In this document: positions 1 through 13,436 of the stretch, in pieces
Layout of the letters: every line of letters begins with the position of its first letter
Numbering within the stretch: the stretch's first letter is position 1
NCBI GenBank assembly: GCA_951406725.2
Contig: OX597815.1
Location: 32,178,001-32,242,000 of the forward strand
Reading direction: 5' to 3'
DNA length: 64,000 bases
DNA from: Octopus vulgaris
Taxonomy: Eukaryota
The notes under the pieces: model-generated
The model's input: the letters and a program-made list of their open reading frames with translations, nothing else
Database searches by the model: none
What the model was told of the DNA's origin: nothing
Program-made: the position numbers and the translations under genes

Positions 1-594
1 TGTACTTAGTTTGAGTATCAAGCAACTGTGCTCATAAACCGTCCTAGTCAATACAACGCTCTCTGGTTAAATACAATGTAGCAACATCTAATATATATTA
101 GTGTGACGAATTTTAAGATTATTGAATAGACCATAATATTGATCTTCAGGATTTCATTAGTGCTTATTTTATCGTATGATTTGAACTCAGAGAATAAATG
201 TAACTAAATACCACAAGACTCATCATCCGTTGGCCATCGATTCTGTCACTCCATCACCATTACGTAAAATATAAATCATGAATATTTCGATTCGTATTTT
301 TTCTCTCTGTTTTTCTGACATCTGTTATTTATTGTAGCTGAGAAAGTTAACCCGACTAAAATACTTTAACACCTTTCTAAAGATAAATTAATAATGACTC
401 CTCACTTTAGGACACAGCGACGCATTTTATGGAAGATGGTGAGTATTTGGGTGATTCGATCCTCGGTTCATGACCGGGGTTTGTTTATTGATCCCAGCAG
501 AATCTGAGTCCAAAATATAAAGGAGCAAAAGTAAATACAATCGGTATTTAACTCGGCGTTCAAGCAGCCATGTTAATCACACTCCTTCTAAAGA

Positions 595-765
595 TAATAA
601 TCCTTTCTACTAAAGACACAAGACCTGAAATTTTGGGAAAGAGGACTAGTTAATTACACCGACTCCAGTGTTTCACTGGTACTTAATTTATCGACCCCGA
701 AAAGACGAAAGGCAATGTCATCCTCGACGGAATTTGAACTCAGAACGTAAGAACGGACGAAAAGT
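595..765 (-). mobile_element. tRNA-derived SINE family A, diverged copy
   Basis: Reverse complement of the family core gttctgagttcaaattcc...gcctttc...cggggtcgataaattaagtaccag; further decayed copies at about 820-970 and 1005-1215. Confidence 0.75.
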
Positions 766-1239
766 AGCAAACTACGAAACGCGGTTGGAATTCCTCGGAG
801 ATTAGTAATAATGATTTCTTAAATGGGCACAAGGCTGGAAATCTTGCAGAGAAAATACTGATCCCAGTACTTGACTTTATTGACCCCAGTTGATCTCTGT
901 AGGGTTAGAACCCAAAACGTAAAGGGTGGGAAGAAATGTTTTTTTTTAACGATGCTGCCAATTCATCGCCTTGTTGATGGGTAATAATTTTTTCTGATTT
1001 AAGAATAAGGCCAACAATCTTGAGAGGAGGGGCTTTGTCGACTAAATCTGCCTCAACCCCACTCACCCTGTACTTGACTGTTACTTTATTTTATCAACCT
1101 TAGAGGAATGAAAGGCGAAGCTGACCTCGGCAGCATTTGAACTCAGATCGGAAAGAGCAGGAACAAATACCAAAGTTTATTCTGGCGCTTTAACGAATCT
1201 CCTAATCCATCAACTGGCGGATGAGTAATAGTAATTTCA

Positions 1240-1424
1240 AATTTTGACATAAAGCCAACAGTTTGAGGGAAGGGGCTAAATCAATTACATCGACCCTACC
1301 GTTCATCTGGTACTTATTTTATTGAGTCCGAAAGATGAAAGGCGAAGCGGAAGCCGGTGGAGACGGACGAAATGCTGCTAAGCATTTTGCCCAACGCGGC
1401 AACGTTTCTGCCAGCTCACCGCCT
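1240..1424 (-). mobile_element. tRNA-derived SINE family A
   Basis: Minus-strand head ggcggtgagctggcagaaacgtt plus the central gcctttcatc domain. Confidence 0.75.
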
Positions 1425-2238
1425 CGCAGATGAGTAAAAAATGAAGACGAAAATGATAAGAATCGTGAAACTAAAAGTCATCCAAGACGGTGAACTGGTT
1501 TCATGAAAGCCAAAGATTCATTTGATTAATGCCGACCAAACTTTTTACGGAAGACAATAATGTCATAATTTCTCACTCACTGTCCCTTGAAATATATTTG
1601 TCAAAGGAAGACCAATATTATGAGTGAAGGGGGAGTGCATTAAAGGGATGTGTTGTTGCTGTTGTTATTATTGTTACCGCCGTTGTTGTTGCTTTATTTG
1701 TTCTATTCATATGATTGTGACCGATCGATTAAACCTATTATTTAAGCATTCCATCCATGACCATTCCGGCTTCTTACTTCCTTTTTTATAGCGCTTCGGT
1801 GCTATAATAGCCAATGTGAAATTCTTCATTTTAAATGATAGATAATTGGGGAGGGGTTGAGATTTGTCTGTTATTCCTAACAGATCGAACAACCTACAAA
1901 AAATTCTAACGTAAGGAAAACAGTAATTATCAGGTGAATGAAGCCTACAGAATGCCATGTTATTTCACTTCACTAACACCGCAAGCACTCTTAAAAAACA
2001 TACGAGGTACAAAATCGTACAAACATACTATTCCTTACTTTCATATAATTATATGGCCTTGTGCCAGAAATGAAGCCAGCACTTGAGACAATGGAGCGTC
2101 AGATGAAATTCCTCATAGTATTTAGTGTTTAATATGTGGTAAAATCGATTCAGTCACCACTTTATTCTCTTGTTATTGTACTAAATGTGTTACAACTGTA
2201 TATCAATGTAGGAAATCAATATTTCATAGTATTCATAC

Positions 2239-2277
<39 letters not shown>

Positions 2278-2289
2278 TACATACATACA

Positions 2290-2349
<60 letters not shown>

Positions 2350-2539
2350 CATACATACATACATACATATAAATAAACACATACATACATGCCTGCATAC
2401 ATACATACAGCTTGAAAGAAAACTACAGTATTTAAAAAAGGTCTTTCAGTCAAAAATCGAATTGTTTGTCCCCAGCTGACAGGGCAAGCTATTAAAACAT
2501 TACACTAAAAGATTAGTATTTTTGTCAGTGTATATTTAG

Positions 2540-2705
2540 GGCAGGGATGGGCAGAATCGTTCGGACGTAGGAGTAGAATACTTTAACGGTATTTGTTACG
2601 GCTCTTTACGTTCTGAGTTCAAATCTCATCAAGATTAACCTTGTCTTTCGTCATTCAGGATCGATAAAATTAAGTACCAGCCAACTACAAGGGTTGATAT
2701 AACCG
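2540..2705 (+). mobile_element. tRNA-derived SINE family A, diverged
   Basis: ggcagaatcgtt...tttacgttctgagttcaaatctc (B box)...gataaaattaagtaccag. Confidence 0.65.
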
Positions 2706-3080
2706 TCTGCCGATCTGTGCTAACATGATTAGGGTTAGGGATAGGGTTGTCATAAATAACAGTGACAAACGAAAAATACACCGCCGATAGTTGTTGACAA
2801 ACAACGGCCAGTAATTTTATTCAGCTGAATACACGTCATTGATTGGTTGAAATTACCGAAATAGGCCTACTTTGACGTGAAATTACTTCGTAAATATAAG
2901 TTTTTCTCAAAAATGCTAAGAGTAACATATATTTTATATGACACATTCTACCAGTGTCCGAAATTTGAAAGTGCTTAGTTACAAAAAATTATTTTTTAAA
3001 TCTGTACGTCAAAAGGTAAAGATCCCAGCCCCTAGAGCTGCTGCAATAACAGCGATAAATCAACCTCAGATCAAACCTAA

Positions 3081-3481
3081 TCTATATATATAAAGCTGAA
3101 GTTGTCTATGTGTGTGTGTGGCAGGTTTGGTAGCCTTCAACTAACACTATCTCCCCGAGACCCTGGAGCGCAAGTTGACCAAAATTGAGAGTATGATAGA
3201 AGAAGGCTTGCTCTTCATTCCGTAGTAGATAAAATTCAAATCGGACCATGTTAAGACCAAAAATTATTTACATTAAAAGGTGGGGGGGTTCTATGAAAAT
3301 CCCTATTTTTTACGATTTTTTGACTGCTGTGTCGCCATTTTTCGGTGTATTTCAACCCAGAAAAATGTTCACTTAAAGAGAATAACAAGCTACATAATGC
3401 AACATTTTTACTTTTCAAAAATTCCAATTCTAAAGGGTCGAAAAGAAAACCAACCCGAGCAACGCCGGGCTGTACTGCTAC
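3081..3481 (+). mobile_element. non-autonomous Helitron (family H1)
   Basis: Starts A|TC (tctatatatataaagctgaag); ends with a subterminal hairpin cccgagcaacgccggg and a CTAG-like end (ctac|T); second copy at 49375-49767. Confidence 0.75.
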
Positions 3482-4230
3482 TATCTTATAAAGAACTGAA
3501 CACATTTTACTGTATCGTCCTAGATAAATTACACCTGATTAAAAGACAGACTGATCGTAACCGTGTTGCTCTTGACCATTTTGTCTGCTTGATCGAGCTG
3601 ATTTCTGAGCAAAACTACAACTACTGCTGTTGCTTCTACGACGACGGCGGCGGCGACTACTACAACTGCTGCTGCTAGCACTACGACAACGACTACGACG
3701 GCTGTGGCTACTACTGCTATTACTACTAATACTACTATCATACGACAGATCAACAAAGTTTTCTATAGTGTTTTCTGTGGTATGTAAATTATACACAACT
3801 ATGCAGATGGACAGGTTGACACCCGTTGAGCCGAGGGTTCGGTTTCCCTAACATTTCACAGATACTAAGAGAAACTAAAGTCATAAGATAGAATTTTATT
3901 GATAATTATCTTTTTCATTAACCGTTCGCTGCATTACACCTGTGACTGGCTCATTGGAAATCTGTATGCACAGTGTGAACTTGTACAGGTGTGAGTTGTG
4001 AAACCAATAGGTTATTCTGACTTAAGCTGCTAAACTAAAATGCATTGATGTTATGTGTGATATATGCCCGACGTTCAATCGTTCAAGTGTGTGACTGGAA
4101 TGGTACTCATCTAATTTCATCGAAAGGATAATTAAAGCCCAGACGTGTTCTAGCTCTAAAACAAGAGAAAAATGACACTACAGTATAAGGAAATTGTGAT
4201 GTTACAGTTAGAAAACTTTTTGAAGTGTTA

Positions 4231-4265
<35 letters not shown>

Positions 4266-4275
<10 letters not shown>

Positions 4276-4832
4276 CTAGTTGTGTGAGTGTCTGTCCCCT
4301 TCGATTTAGATTCCTAACTCCTCCCACATTTTGCGGTGCAGTTTAACCAAATTCGGGTATCTTATAGTCGTGATTCATATCGAGCCCGTCTGACTATTAG
4401 CGCGCGTCAACGATGAGTCTACGATTTTAAAAATAATTTAACATCATTTTTTATTCCATTTTAATGCATAAAATGCATCGTGTGTCGATGGCGGCGGAGT
4501 TGGCGTCCACGCTCACAGCTGCACCTGTTTGCTTCTCCCCTTCTTCCCTCCCTCGTGAAGCTGTGGGGAAGGGAGTGTAAAGAAATCAACGTCGTAATGC
4601 GTTGTGAAGGAGACCAGCGTTCTTTTAGAACAACGACTTCATGGCTTGAAGACACCAAAACAAAAATGGCTAAGAAAGCCCGAATTTATAAGGGAAGTAA
4701 CTCTCTAAAAATGCTTATATAGTTATTTCCCTTACAAACCCAGCAACGCCGGGCGATACTGCTAGTATATATATATATATATAATAACGGCGGTGCATCA
4801 GCATGGCCGCAGCTCTGAGCTGAAACTAGAAA

Positions 4833-4871
<39 letters not shown>

Positions 4872-5870
4872 TCTAGTTGTGTGAGTGTCTGTCCCCTTCG
4901 ATTTAGATTCCTAACTCCTCCCACATTTTGCGGTGCAGTTTAACCAAATTCGGGTATCTTATAGTCGTGATTCATATCGAGCCCGTCTGACTATTAGCGC
5001 GCGTCAACGATGAGTCTACGATTTTAAAAATAATTTAACATCATTTTTTATTCCATTTTAATGCATAAAATGCATCGTGTGTCGATGGCGGCGGAGTTGG
5101 CGTCCACGCTCACAGCTGCACCTGTTTGCTTCTCCCCCTTCCCTCCCTCGTGAAGCTGTGGGGAAGGGAGTGTAAAGAAATCAACGTCGTAATGCGTTGT
5201 GAAGGAGACCAGCGTTCTTTTAGAACAACGACTTCATGGCTTGAAGACACCAAAACAAAAATGGCTAAGAAAGCCCGAATTTATAAGGGAAGTAACTCTC
5301 TAAAAATGCTTATATAGTTATTTCCCTTACAAACCCAGCAACGCCGGGCGATACTGCTAGTATATATATAAAACTGTAGTTGTGTGAGTGTCTGTCCCCT
5401 TCGATTTAGATTCCTAACTACTCCCACATTTTGCGGTGCAGTTTAACCAAATTCGGGTATCTTATAGTCGTGATTAATATCAAGCCCGTCTGGCTATTAG
5501 CGCGCGTCTACGATGAGTCTACGATTTTAAAAATAATTTAACATAATTTTTTATTCCATTTTAATGCATAATTTTTCATGTGTCGATGGCGGCGGAGTTG
5601 GCGTCCATGGTCACACCTGTACCTGTTTGCTTCTCCCCTTCTTCCCTCCCTCGTGAAGCTGTGGGGAAGGGAGTGTAAGGAAATCAACGTCGTAAAGCGT
5701 TGTCAAGGAGACCAGCGTTCTTTTAGAACAACGACTTCATGGCTTGAAGACACCAAAACAGAAATGGCTAAGAAAGCACGAATTGGCATCTATAAGGGAA
5801 GTAACTCTCTAAAAAGGCTTATATAGTTATTTCCCTTACAAATCCGAGCAACGCCGGGCGATACTGCTAG
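4266..5870 (+). mobile_element. three head-to-tail non-autonomous Helitrons (family H2), ~500 bp each
   Basis: Near-identical units at about 4266-4765, 4862-5360 and 5362-5870; each ends gcaacgccgggcgatactgCTAG|T; units separated by (TA)n. Confidence 0.8.
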
Positions 5871-5932
5871 TTATATATATATATAAATTATCTAGTTTCA
5901 GCTCACGAGCTGTGGCCATGCTGGGGCACCGC

Positions 5933-6003
<71 letters not shown>

Positions 6004-6057
6004 GTAGAGAGAGATGTATATGTATGTGTATGAATGTGTGTATATATGTATGTGTTT

Positions 6058-6094
<37 letters not shown>

Positions 6095-6224
6095 TACATT
6101 TAAACACATAGGAGGCATCCATCATAGGATTCCTTGCCCGCTAGAGAGGACAGTTAAATTCCAAACCTCTATTAGGGATAAAATTTCGAAGGAAATGAAG
6201 CATAAAAACATTTACCATCTAACT

Positions 6225-6274
6225 CCTGAACCAATGCTTTCAGACTTTTTTTAGGCGAAGTCTTCTTCAGCAGG
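6225..6274 (-). ncRNA. degenerate minimal type I hammerhead ribozyme motif
   Basis: Minus strand: cctg-CTGAAGA-agact...agtct-GAAAgcattgGTT-cagg (stem I cctg/cagg, stem II agact/agtct). Confidence 0.5.
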
Positions 6275-6789
6275 TACACCTTAGATTAAATACATATACA
6301 CGAGGCAATCCAGTATATGCCCCGTGCTTATACATTCTAATTTTTCAATTATTCTTTGTCGGCAGTAAATAAAATGCCGGTTTTTCGATTTGAAAATTAT
6401 CCAGAAAAAAATTATCAATAATTAGTAATATCAAAGGGTAATCAGAAATGTTTGAAATTCCCATTACAAGTGGCTTAGCGTGTAAAAAATTTAGTCAGTA
6501 GACTAAATATTATTCATATAAATACAGTGTACTAGGCCACTGGTAAACGAAATTTTAAATATTTCTGATTACCCTTTGATATTATTAATTATATATATAT
6601 ATAGCATAATTAAATCTCGTACCCCAAGGGAATACAAAGGTGTAACGTAATACAAGAGTATGGTAATCCAGTTTAAGGAAAACCAAGAATTAGGTACTCC
6701 AAATCATCGTCGAAAAGGCATATATATTCTTCTAGGGAGAACATCCGTTCTCAGTCACTCGATTACTGCTTCTAATTATGGTCGCCATA

Positions 6790-7315
6790 AAGTGTCAAAT
6801 TAGCAGCAACCCAAAGTCACTACACCAAAATGATTGCCTTCTGTATAGGCTAAAACAGCTGGAGCTCAACTCGCTGGAGATAAAATACGAAAGATATGCA
6901 ATGATAAATAAGGAGACCTTGGGGCGGGGGTCTAGCACCAGCATTGGGATTGAAAGTTATACCACGGAGCGAACTGGATGCCACTGGATAGTAACAAAGA
7001 CCTTCTTCTCTGTCAAGAGTAAGAATCCAATACTGTAACAGTTTAAGGTTGAAAAGACTTCTTTTGAATACCTTGCCAAAAGGCCTCATAGATATAAGAG
7101 AAGTAAATGTGAATTTGTTCAAAGAACAATTAAACTTTTATTTGATGTGCTGTTTGAACCCACATCAAAAAGAAGAGCAGATCTGTCTGACCCACTTACA
7201 TCACCAGGATGGATTCTGTAGACAGGGCAGGAAAAAATGAATGTAAAGTTAGCAAAACAAGCAATAATGGAAGTGCACCCAACATGGTCACAGCCTCTGG
7301 CTGAAACCGAAAATA
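6790..7315 (+). mobile_element. CR1/L2-like LINE 3' fragment (decayed)
   Basis: RLKQLELNSLEIKYERY resembles the CR1 C-terminal RLxxLxLxSLExRRxR motif; L(L)NTLPKGLIDI follows; ends in a stem-loop tail catggtcacagcctctggctgaaac. Confidence 0.6.
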
Positions 7316-7652
7316 GAATAATAGAATTGTGTACACACAAACACACACACACACACATGCACACACACACATACATACACATATATGCATACGCGCAGGC
7401 ATATACACATATGCACATACATACATACGTACATACATACATACATACATACATACATACATACATACATACATACATACATACATACATTCGTACATAC
7501 ATACGTACATACACACATACATGTATATATATATTTATTTATAATGCATAATATATACACACACATATATATATACATATATATATATACATATATATAT
7601 ATACATGTATATATAATATATACATTTGTAATGTATATAAGTAGATATATAA

Positions 7653-7710
<58 letters not shown>

Positions 7711-7798
7711 TATATATATATATTTATAATGAGAATAATGTATGTATGTATGTTTGTATGTATGTACGTATGTATACATGTATGTATATATGAATCTA

Positions 7799-7972
7799 GG
7801 ATATTTAGCCCCCCACCCCATGTACAATAACCCTCAAAGGACAATTACCCCTGAGGATAACAGATGATTTAAAACTTATGTTAGAGAGAGTGAAATTAAC
7901 CAAGGGGTGGTTATTGTCCTAACGGGTAGTTGTCGTCGCGGAGAATTGTCCTATGGAGGGTAATAGTCCACG
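7799..7972. mobile_element. MITE/fold-back-like element with subterminal inverted repeats
   Basis: Repeated ggacaattaccc-like units on the left and gggtaattgtcc-like units on the right. Confidence 0.4.
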
Positions 7973-8049
7973 TTGTGTAAATGTGCTGATACGGTATGTA
8001 TGTATGTATGTATGTATGTATGTATGTATGTACGTACATACATAGAAAG

Positions 8050-8776
8050 GAGAAGAAAAGAAAGAAGGTGGACAACAATGGTTGTCCACCGATGGATCCT
8101 GAGACGGCTGGGGAGGGAGGGTCCTCCGGAGATGTCGGAGGAACTCCACCCTCCCGTCGTACAAAGAAAAAAGAAGCAGTGGGATGTGTGCCACCGAGCG
8201 AGGGAGTTGTGACCCCTCCCAGTGAAAGTGATGAAGAATATATGTTCTGTCTCAGGGGAGGGTTTATTGACAGTTTCGTGGAGAATGATAGGGATAGTCG
8301 GGTCCTGGGAGACCCGATTGTATTGACAGCCCAGAGTGGCCTCCGCAGGTAGCTGCTCTGGTGCTGGAAAGAAAGTGCTGTGATCTTATAATTGACTCGT
8401 GTAAAAACAAGAATTATAGAATTCTTTTTTGGAGCGCCGGATTGCGGTTGCAGGAATGCCTGCAAGTGGCAAGAAAATTTCTTGGCGAAGGATTGTAGAG
8501 GTTTATCGCCTCCAATTTGTGTATAAATTGTGTTTTATAATTGTATGGACTTATTAGTCCAAATATATTGCATTTTAAATTGTAAGAGGGTTAATACCTC
8601 TGTATATGCGTTTTTTAAGAACAATGTTTTAGAGAAGCAGAGGATCGGCGGGCGCTTTCTGTCTTCTCTCATCTTTATCATTTTTGTATCATAATCATTC
8701 GCCTCATCAATGTCTGTGTCCAGCCCGCAAAGCTACCTAATCTATGTGCTGCCTACATGGCAAATTTAATGAATAA

Positions 8777-8778
<2 letters not shown>
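8050..8778 (+). mobile_element. probable retroelement 3' fragment (unassigned)
   Basis: GC-richer non-microsatellite block between (TATG)n tracts, ending in AATAAA directly before the repeat; no diagnostic protein motif. Confidence 0.3.
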
Positions 8779-8809
<31 letters not shown>

Positions 8810-9796
8810 TGTATGTATGTATGTATGTATGTATGTATGTATGTATGTATGTGTATATGTGCATATGTATGTATATACACATTTATAAATAATTATTATG
8901 TATTTGTATTTATTCATAGATGAAAGCCCGACATCACAAAATTTTGCATACGTCTGAAGCTACTGAGGGATTTTACATTTTTGATTGAGAAAGGGGGCAA
9001 AAAAGAAAGAAACATGAGTCAGGTAAGATCTTCTTTCTTTATTCTCTCTCGTTGTGGCAGCGTTGAATGGATGAGAGAGAAATCTCCTCCAGGATTGCAC
9101 GTTGCTCTTTCACAATCCCTTTCTCTGCGTAGTGCTTTAATTCTGTCATTGCAATACAACGAAACACTCGCTAATTCTTCAGTGATTTGAGGATGATTGC
9201 TAGAAAATTATCCTCTTAGCTGAGGCTTAATTTTATGGTTATACTCAGTATGTACATGCATACATACATACGTACATATATATATATATATATATATATA
9301 CGTACATAATGCATACATGTATACATACATTCATACATGCATACATACATATACGTATGTATACATACGTACATACATGCGTGGATACATGCATACATAC
9401 ATTCATACATGCATGCATACATGCATACATATATGCATTCATTCATACATACATGTATACGTGCATACATGCATGCATACATACACACACATACATACAT
9501 GTATGCATGCATGTATACTTACATATATACATACATACATACACACACACATACATACATACATACATATACACAGATACATCCATATATACCTACCTAC
9601 ATACATACATGCATGCATGTATGCATGTATACTTACATTCATACATACACACATACATGCATACATACATACGTACGTACGTACATACATACATACATAC
9701 ATACATACATACATACATACATACATACATACATACATACATGCATGCATACATATACATGCACTCAAACATACATTTGTATGTGTAATGTAATAA

Positions 9797-9859
9797 TTTA
9801 GAAAAAAAACATTGGTTTCATATCTAGCGTGAACTAGACATCTCTTCAGTTTCTCTAAA
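9797..9859 (-). ncRNA. minimal type I hammerhead ribozyme motif
   Basis: Minus strand: tttagagaaa-CTGAAGA-g-atgtctag(ttcacg)ctagatat-GAAACcaatGTT-ttttttctaaa; ~10-bp stem I, 8-bp stem II. Confidence 0.7.
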
Positions 9860-9877
9860 CGATAACCGTTCTCTGTA

Positions 9878-9930
<53 letters not shown>

Positions 9931-9955
9931 GTTAATATACCATTATTTGTTTTAT

Positions 9956-10279
<324 letters not shown>

Positions 10280-10351
10280 TTAAAACAGGTAAAGATATAT
10301 TTAATATTACACAAGATAAGTTCTTGTAATTGAAATTATATTCGCTTACAG

Positions 10352-10493
10352 GGGAATATACAAACTACTCGGTGGCAATTTGTACGGATTCCAAATGAGA
10401 AAGAAAGACTATCTTAAGAATCAAGAATTCTCCAAAATTGACTTCCATTATGAAACAGACAATGTTATCTCCAGAGACAAGAGGTGGAGAGAT
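10352..10493 (+). CDS. possible internal exon of an unknown gene
   Basis: Acceptor ttcgcttacAG; non-repetitive open frame GIYKLLGGNLYGFQMRKKDYLKNQEFSKIDFHYETDNVISRDKRWRD; possible donor GTaggc at 10494; protein not recognised. Confidence 0.25.
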
Positions 10494-10991
10494 GTAGGCA
10501 CGTGGTTTTTGTTTTGTTTCCTTTTTTTGGGTCTCAAAAAGCGTCACTCGTGTAGCAGTTGTCCTACCTCGTCTACTGCGTCAGCAGTGGGGGCATATGG
10601 AAGAAACAGTAGATCACATTTATAATTTAAGTTAATTTGCCTAACTTGCATATAAGCATATATACATACATGTACGTACGTTGATATACTTTAAGAACGC
10701 CATAAAACTGCTCTATTCGAACTGAGAAAGCATCTCGCACTGATGAGATGCTGATATTCTGTAATTTTTAGCACTCTACGTCTATATTAAATGTTTCTTC
10801 AGGACGAATACCGCGGTTTTATGGCGTTCTTAATGTATAACCATGTTAAGTTAGCTATAGAGATTACTATTTGGTACTAATACTGTTTCAAGTAATTTGA
10901 TTCAAACGAATTGCCTATACAGCTAAGCGTTTTATAGGTGCAAAACCAATGGTCACTCTCTGACCAGCCATAACAAATACCCTAAATATAA

Positions 10992-11078
<87 letters not shown>

Positions 11079-11084
<6 letters not shown>

Positions 11085-11490
11085 TAAGAGAGTTAACGTT
11101 AAGTGGCTAAATCTAGTGCTAGAAATAGCTCCTTATTCTGGTATAGCCACCGAAGTTGTTTCCACAGAAGAAATAACATTACCCTCTCAACGTAAGGGAA
11201 GCGAAATACAACGAAAAGATAGATTTATTTATCGCCCGTGTGGGTCTGATAAATTGTATCGAGGACAAATACTGCTGATGAATTATAGACAAATATGTGA
11301 GTATAATTGCATATTATGTTGATAAAGAAACAATTGTTCAGTATTAATCTATCTTTTCGTTGTATTTCGCTTCCCTTGCGTTGAGGGTAATGTTATTTCT
11401 TCTGTGGAAACAACTTCGGTGGCTATACCAGAATAAGGAGCTATTTCTAACACTAGAGTTAGCCACTTAACGTTAACTCTCTTATATTTA
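11079..11490. mobile_element. fold-back element (~145-bp inverted repeats) next to (TA)n, probably PLE-derived
   Basis: Arms 11079-11225 and 11346-11490 are near-perfect reverse complements; the loop holds a hammerhead. Confidence 0.85.
11268..11345 (+). ncRNA. minimal type I hammerhead ribozyme, canonical core
   Basis: aatactg-CTGATGA-[extended stem II incl. aatatgt/gcatatt]-GAAAC-aatt-GTT-cagtatt; perfect 7-bp stem I, palindromic helix III AACAATTGTT. Confidence 0.8.
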
Positions 11491-11589
11491 TGTCTAAATT
11501 TGTACTGTCTCCCTGGTTTCTATGTGCTAGGCCACTTGGTGTTAAACTGACGGTATTATTAAATTAATATCTAATTTTTCACCCTCATT

Positions 11590-11689
<100 letters not shown>

Positions 11690-11855
11690 TAGAGAGATAT
11701 ATAGATAGATATCCATATACATATATGTGTATATATACATATATATGTATGTACATATATATACATATACATAAATGTGTATGTATATGTATAAATATAT
11801 ATATACACATATATATATATGTATGTTTGTACATATATATACATATACATAAATG

Positions 11856-11935
<80 letters not shown>

Positions 11936-11940
<5 letters not shown>

Positions 11941-12390
11941 CATAAGGGGCATCAGCCATCTGAATGTGGCTAGGGACAGGGCAGGGCGGTGGGGGTGTTA
12001 CTGATGCATTTAGCCCCAGGCGATCATCAACGTCACCAGGAGGGCTGACACCATCTCGGTGTCCTCTAGCCTGGAAAGGGAGATCATTCCCCGAAGAAGC
12101 GGACGCTACATACGGACCAGGTTTCAAGGTATTTGCCTATTATCAACGCATGGTAAGCACCGCTCTCCGACGAATAACTCTCTGTACAGGCTATATATTT
12201 AAGGATTTTTACAGTAAACACATTTACTTATGTAGAAAATCCGTTCGAAAGCCACATTCAGATGGCTGATGCCCCTTATGTTATAGAGCAGTTACTGTTT
12301 ATATCTCGTTTAGAGATTTATTATTGCTTTCGAACGGATTTTCTACATCAGTAAATGTGTTTACTGTGAAAATCCTTAAATATATAGCCT
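11936..12390. repeat. two interlocked inverted repeats
   Basis: 11936-11971 pairs with 12250-12285; 12188-12252 pairs with 12326-12390. Confidence 0.85.
12109..12152 (-). ncRNA. degenerate hammerhead motif
   Basis: Minus strand: catgcg-ttgataa-t-agg(caaata)cct-t-GAAAC-ctg-GTC-cgtatg; stem I catgcg/cgtatg; core has two changes from CUGAUGA. Confidence 0.5.
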
Positions 12391-12569
12391 TAAATATATA
12401 GAAAATCCTTAAATATATAGAAGGACAACACGGCTCAGTTCGCCCACCGGACGCTTACATGCATGGCCAAACCACCGCAAGCGCCGTTGCAGAAGGACAG
12501 ATGGAAGGGGCCGCGGGGATAGGCGAATTCGGATATTTGCGGTGGGAACTTCAAGTACTACACAAATCT

Positions 12570-13231
12570 ACCCAAGTTTATGACATCCCACTTTGAAGGC
12601 TACAGTCATGCAATCCAAGAACAAGAGATCCCCACCAAGTACCTACAATATAAAAGCCAGCAAACTTTGACAAACAGCAAATGTGGGCTGTGCAAAACCA
12701 AGACTAAAGACATCGACCATATTATTGCCAACTGTGAGGAAACGTCTTCCAGATATTATCTTCCCATGAGGCATGATACGGTGGTCAGAACGATCTGGAA
12801 CAGAATAACAAAAAGAGATTACCTACAAACGATGTTGTCAAAGGAATACTGGTGGAACTTGAAAATTAAAACATTCATCAAGTTAAAACACAACCAGCCA
12901 GATATCGTTGTGTGGCACCACAAATAAAAATATGCTCTGTTGTGGAAATCAGTTGCCCCTGGACACGAATGTGGTTAGGAAAATACAAGAAAAAGAAGAC
13001 ATGCATGAACTATTGATAAAGAGTTTCCAAATCCAATACCCAATATACACTTTCAGCTTTGTACCCATTATTATTGGAGCAACAGGATACATATCAACCC
13101 ATCCGGAGCAAAGTATGGCTGAACTTGGAAACTTGGAGAGAGAATGCAAATCCATAATTCATACGCTACAAGTGATCTCGATATCTGAGACTATAAAAAT
13201 CTGCAAGACCTTTTTAAGATTTAAAGGATGA
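12570..13231 (+). pseudogene. R4-like non-LTR retrotransposon C-terminus (CCHC knuckle + RLE), frameshifted
   Basis: CGLC...DIDHIIANC, YLPMRHD, KHNQPDIVVW, EKED...VPIIIGATG. Confidence 0.85.
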
Positions 13232-13294
13232 CGGTTCAATCAAGACACTTTCCTTCATAACCTTGCTACGAAATCAGTGGCCGGTCAAAATTTA

Positions 13295-13408
<114 letters not shown>

Positions 13409-13436
13409 TCAGACAGACAGACAAGCATGCATGCAT

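Noticed and set aside
2727-2750. ttagggttagggatagggtt as an interstitial telomere
   Set aside because: Only about three imperfect units.
4480-5826. Three similar 63-82-aa ORFs as a tandem gene family
   Set aside because: They lie inside non-autonomous Helitron copies and one is frameshifted.
10735-10800. CTGATGA inside the 10685-10839 inverted repeat as another hammerhead
   Set aside because: A stem II is plausible, but GAAA and stem I are missing.
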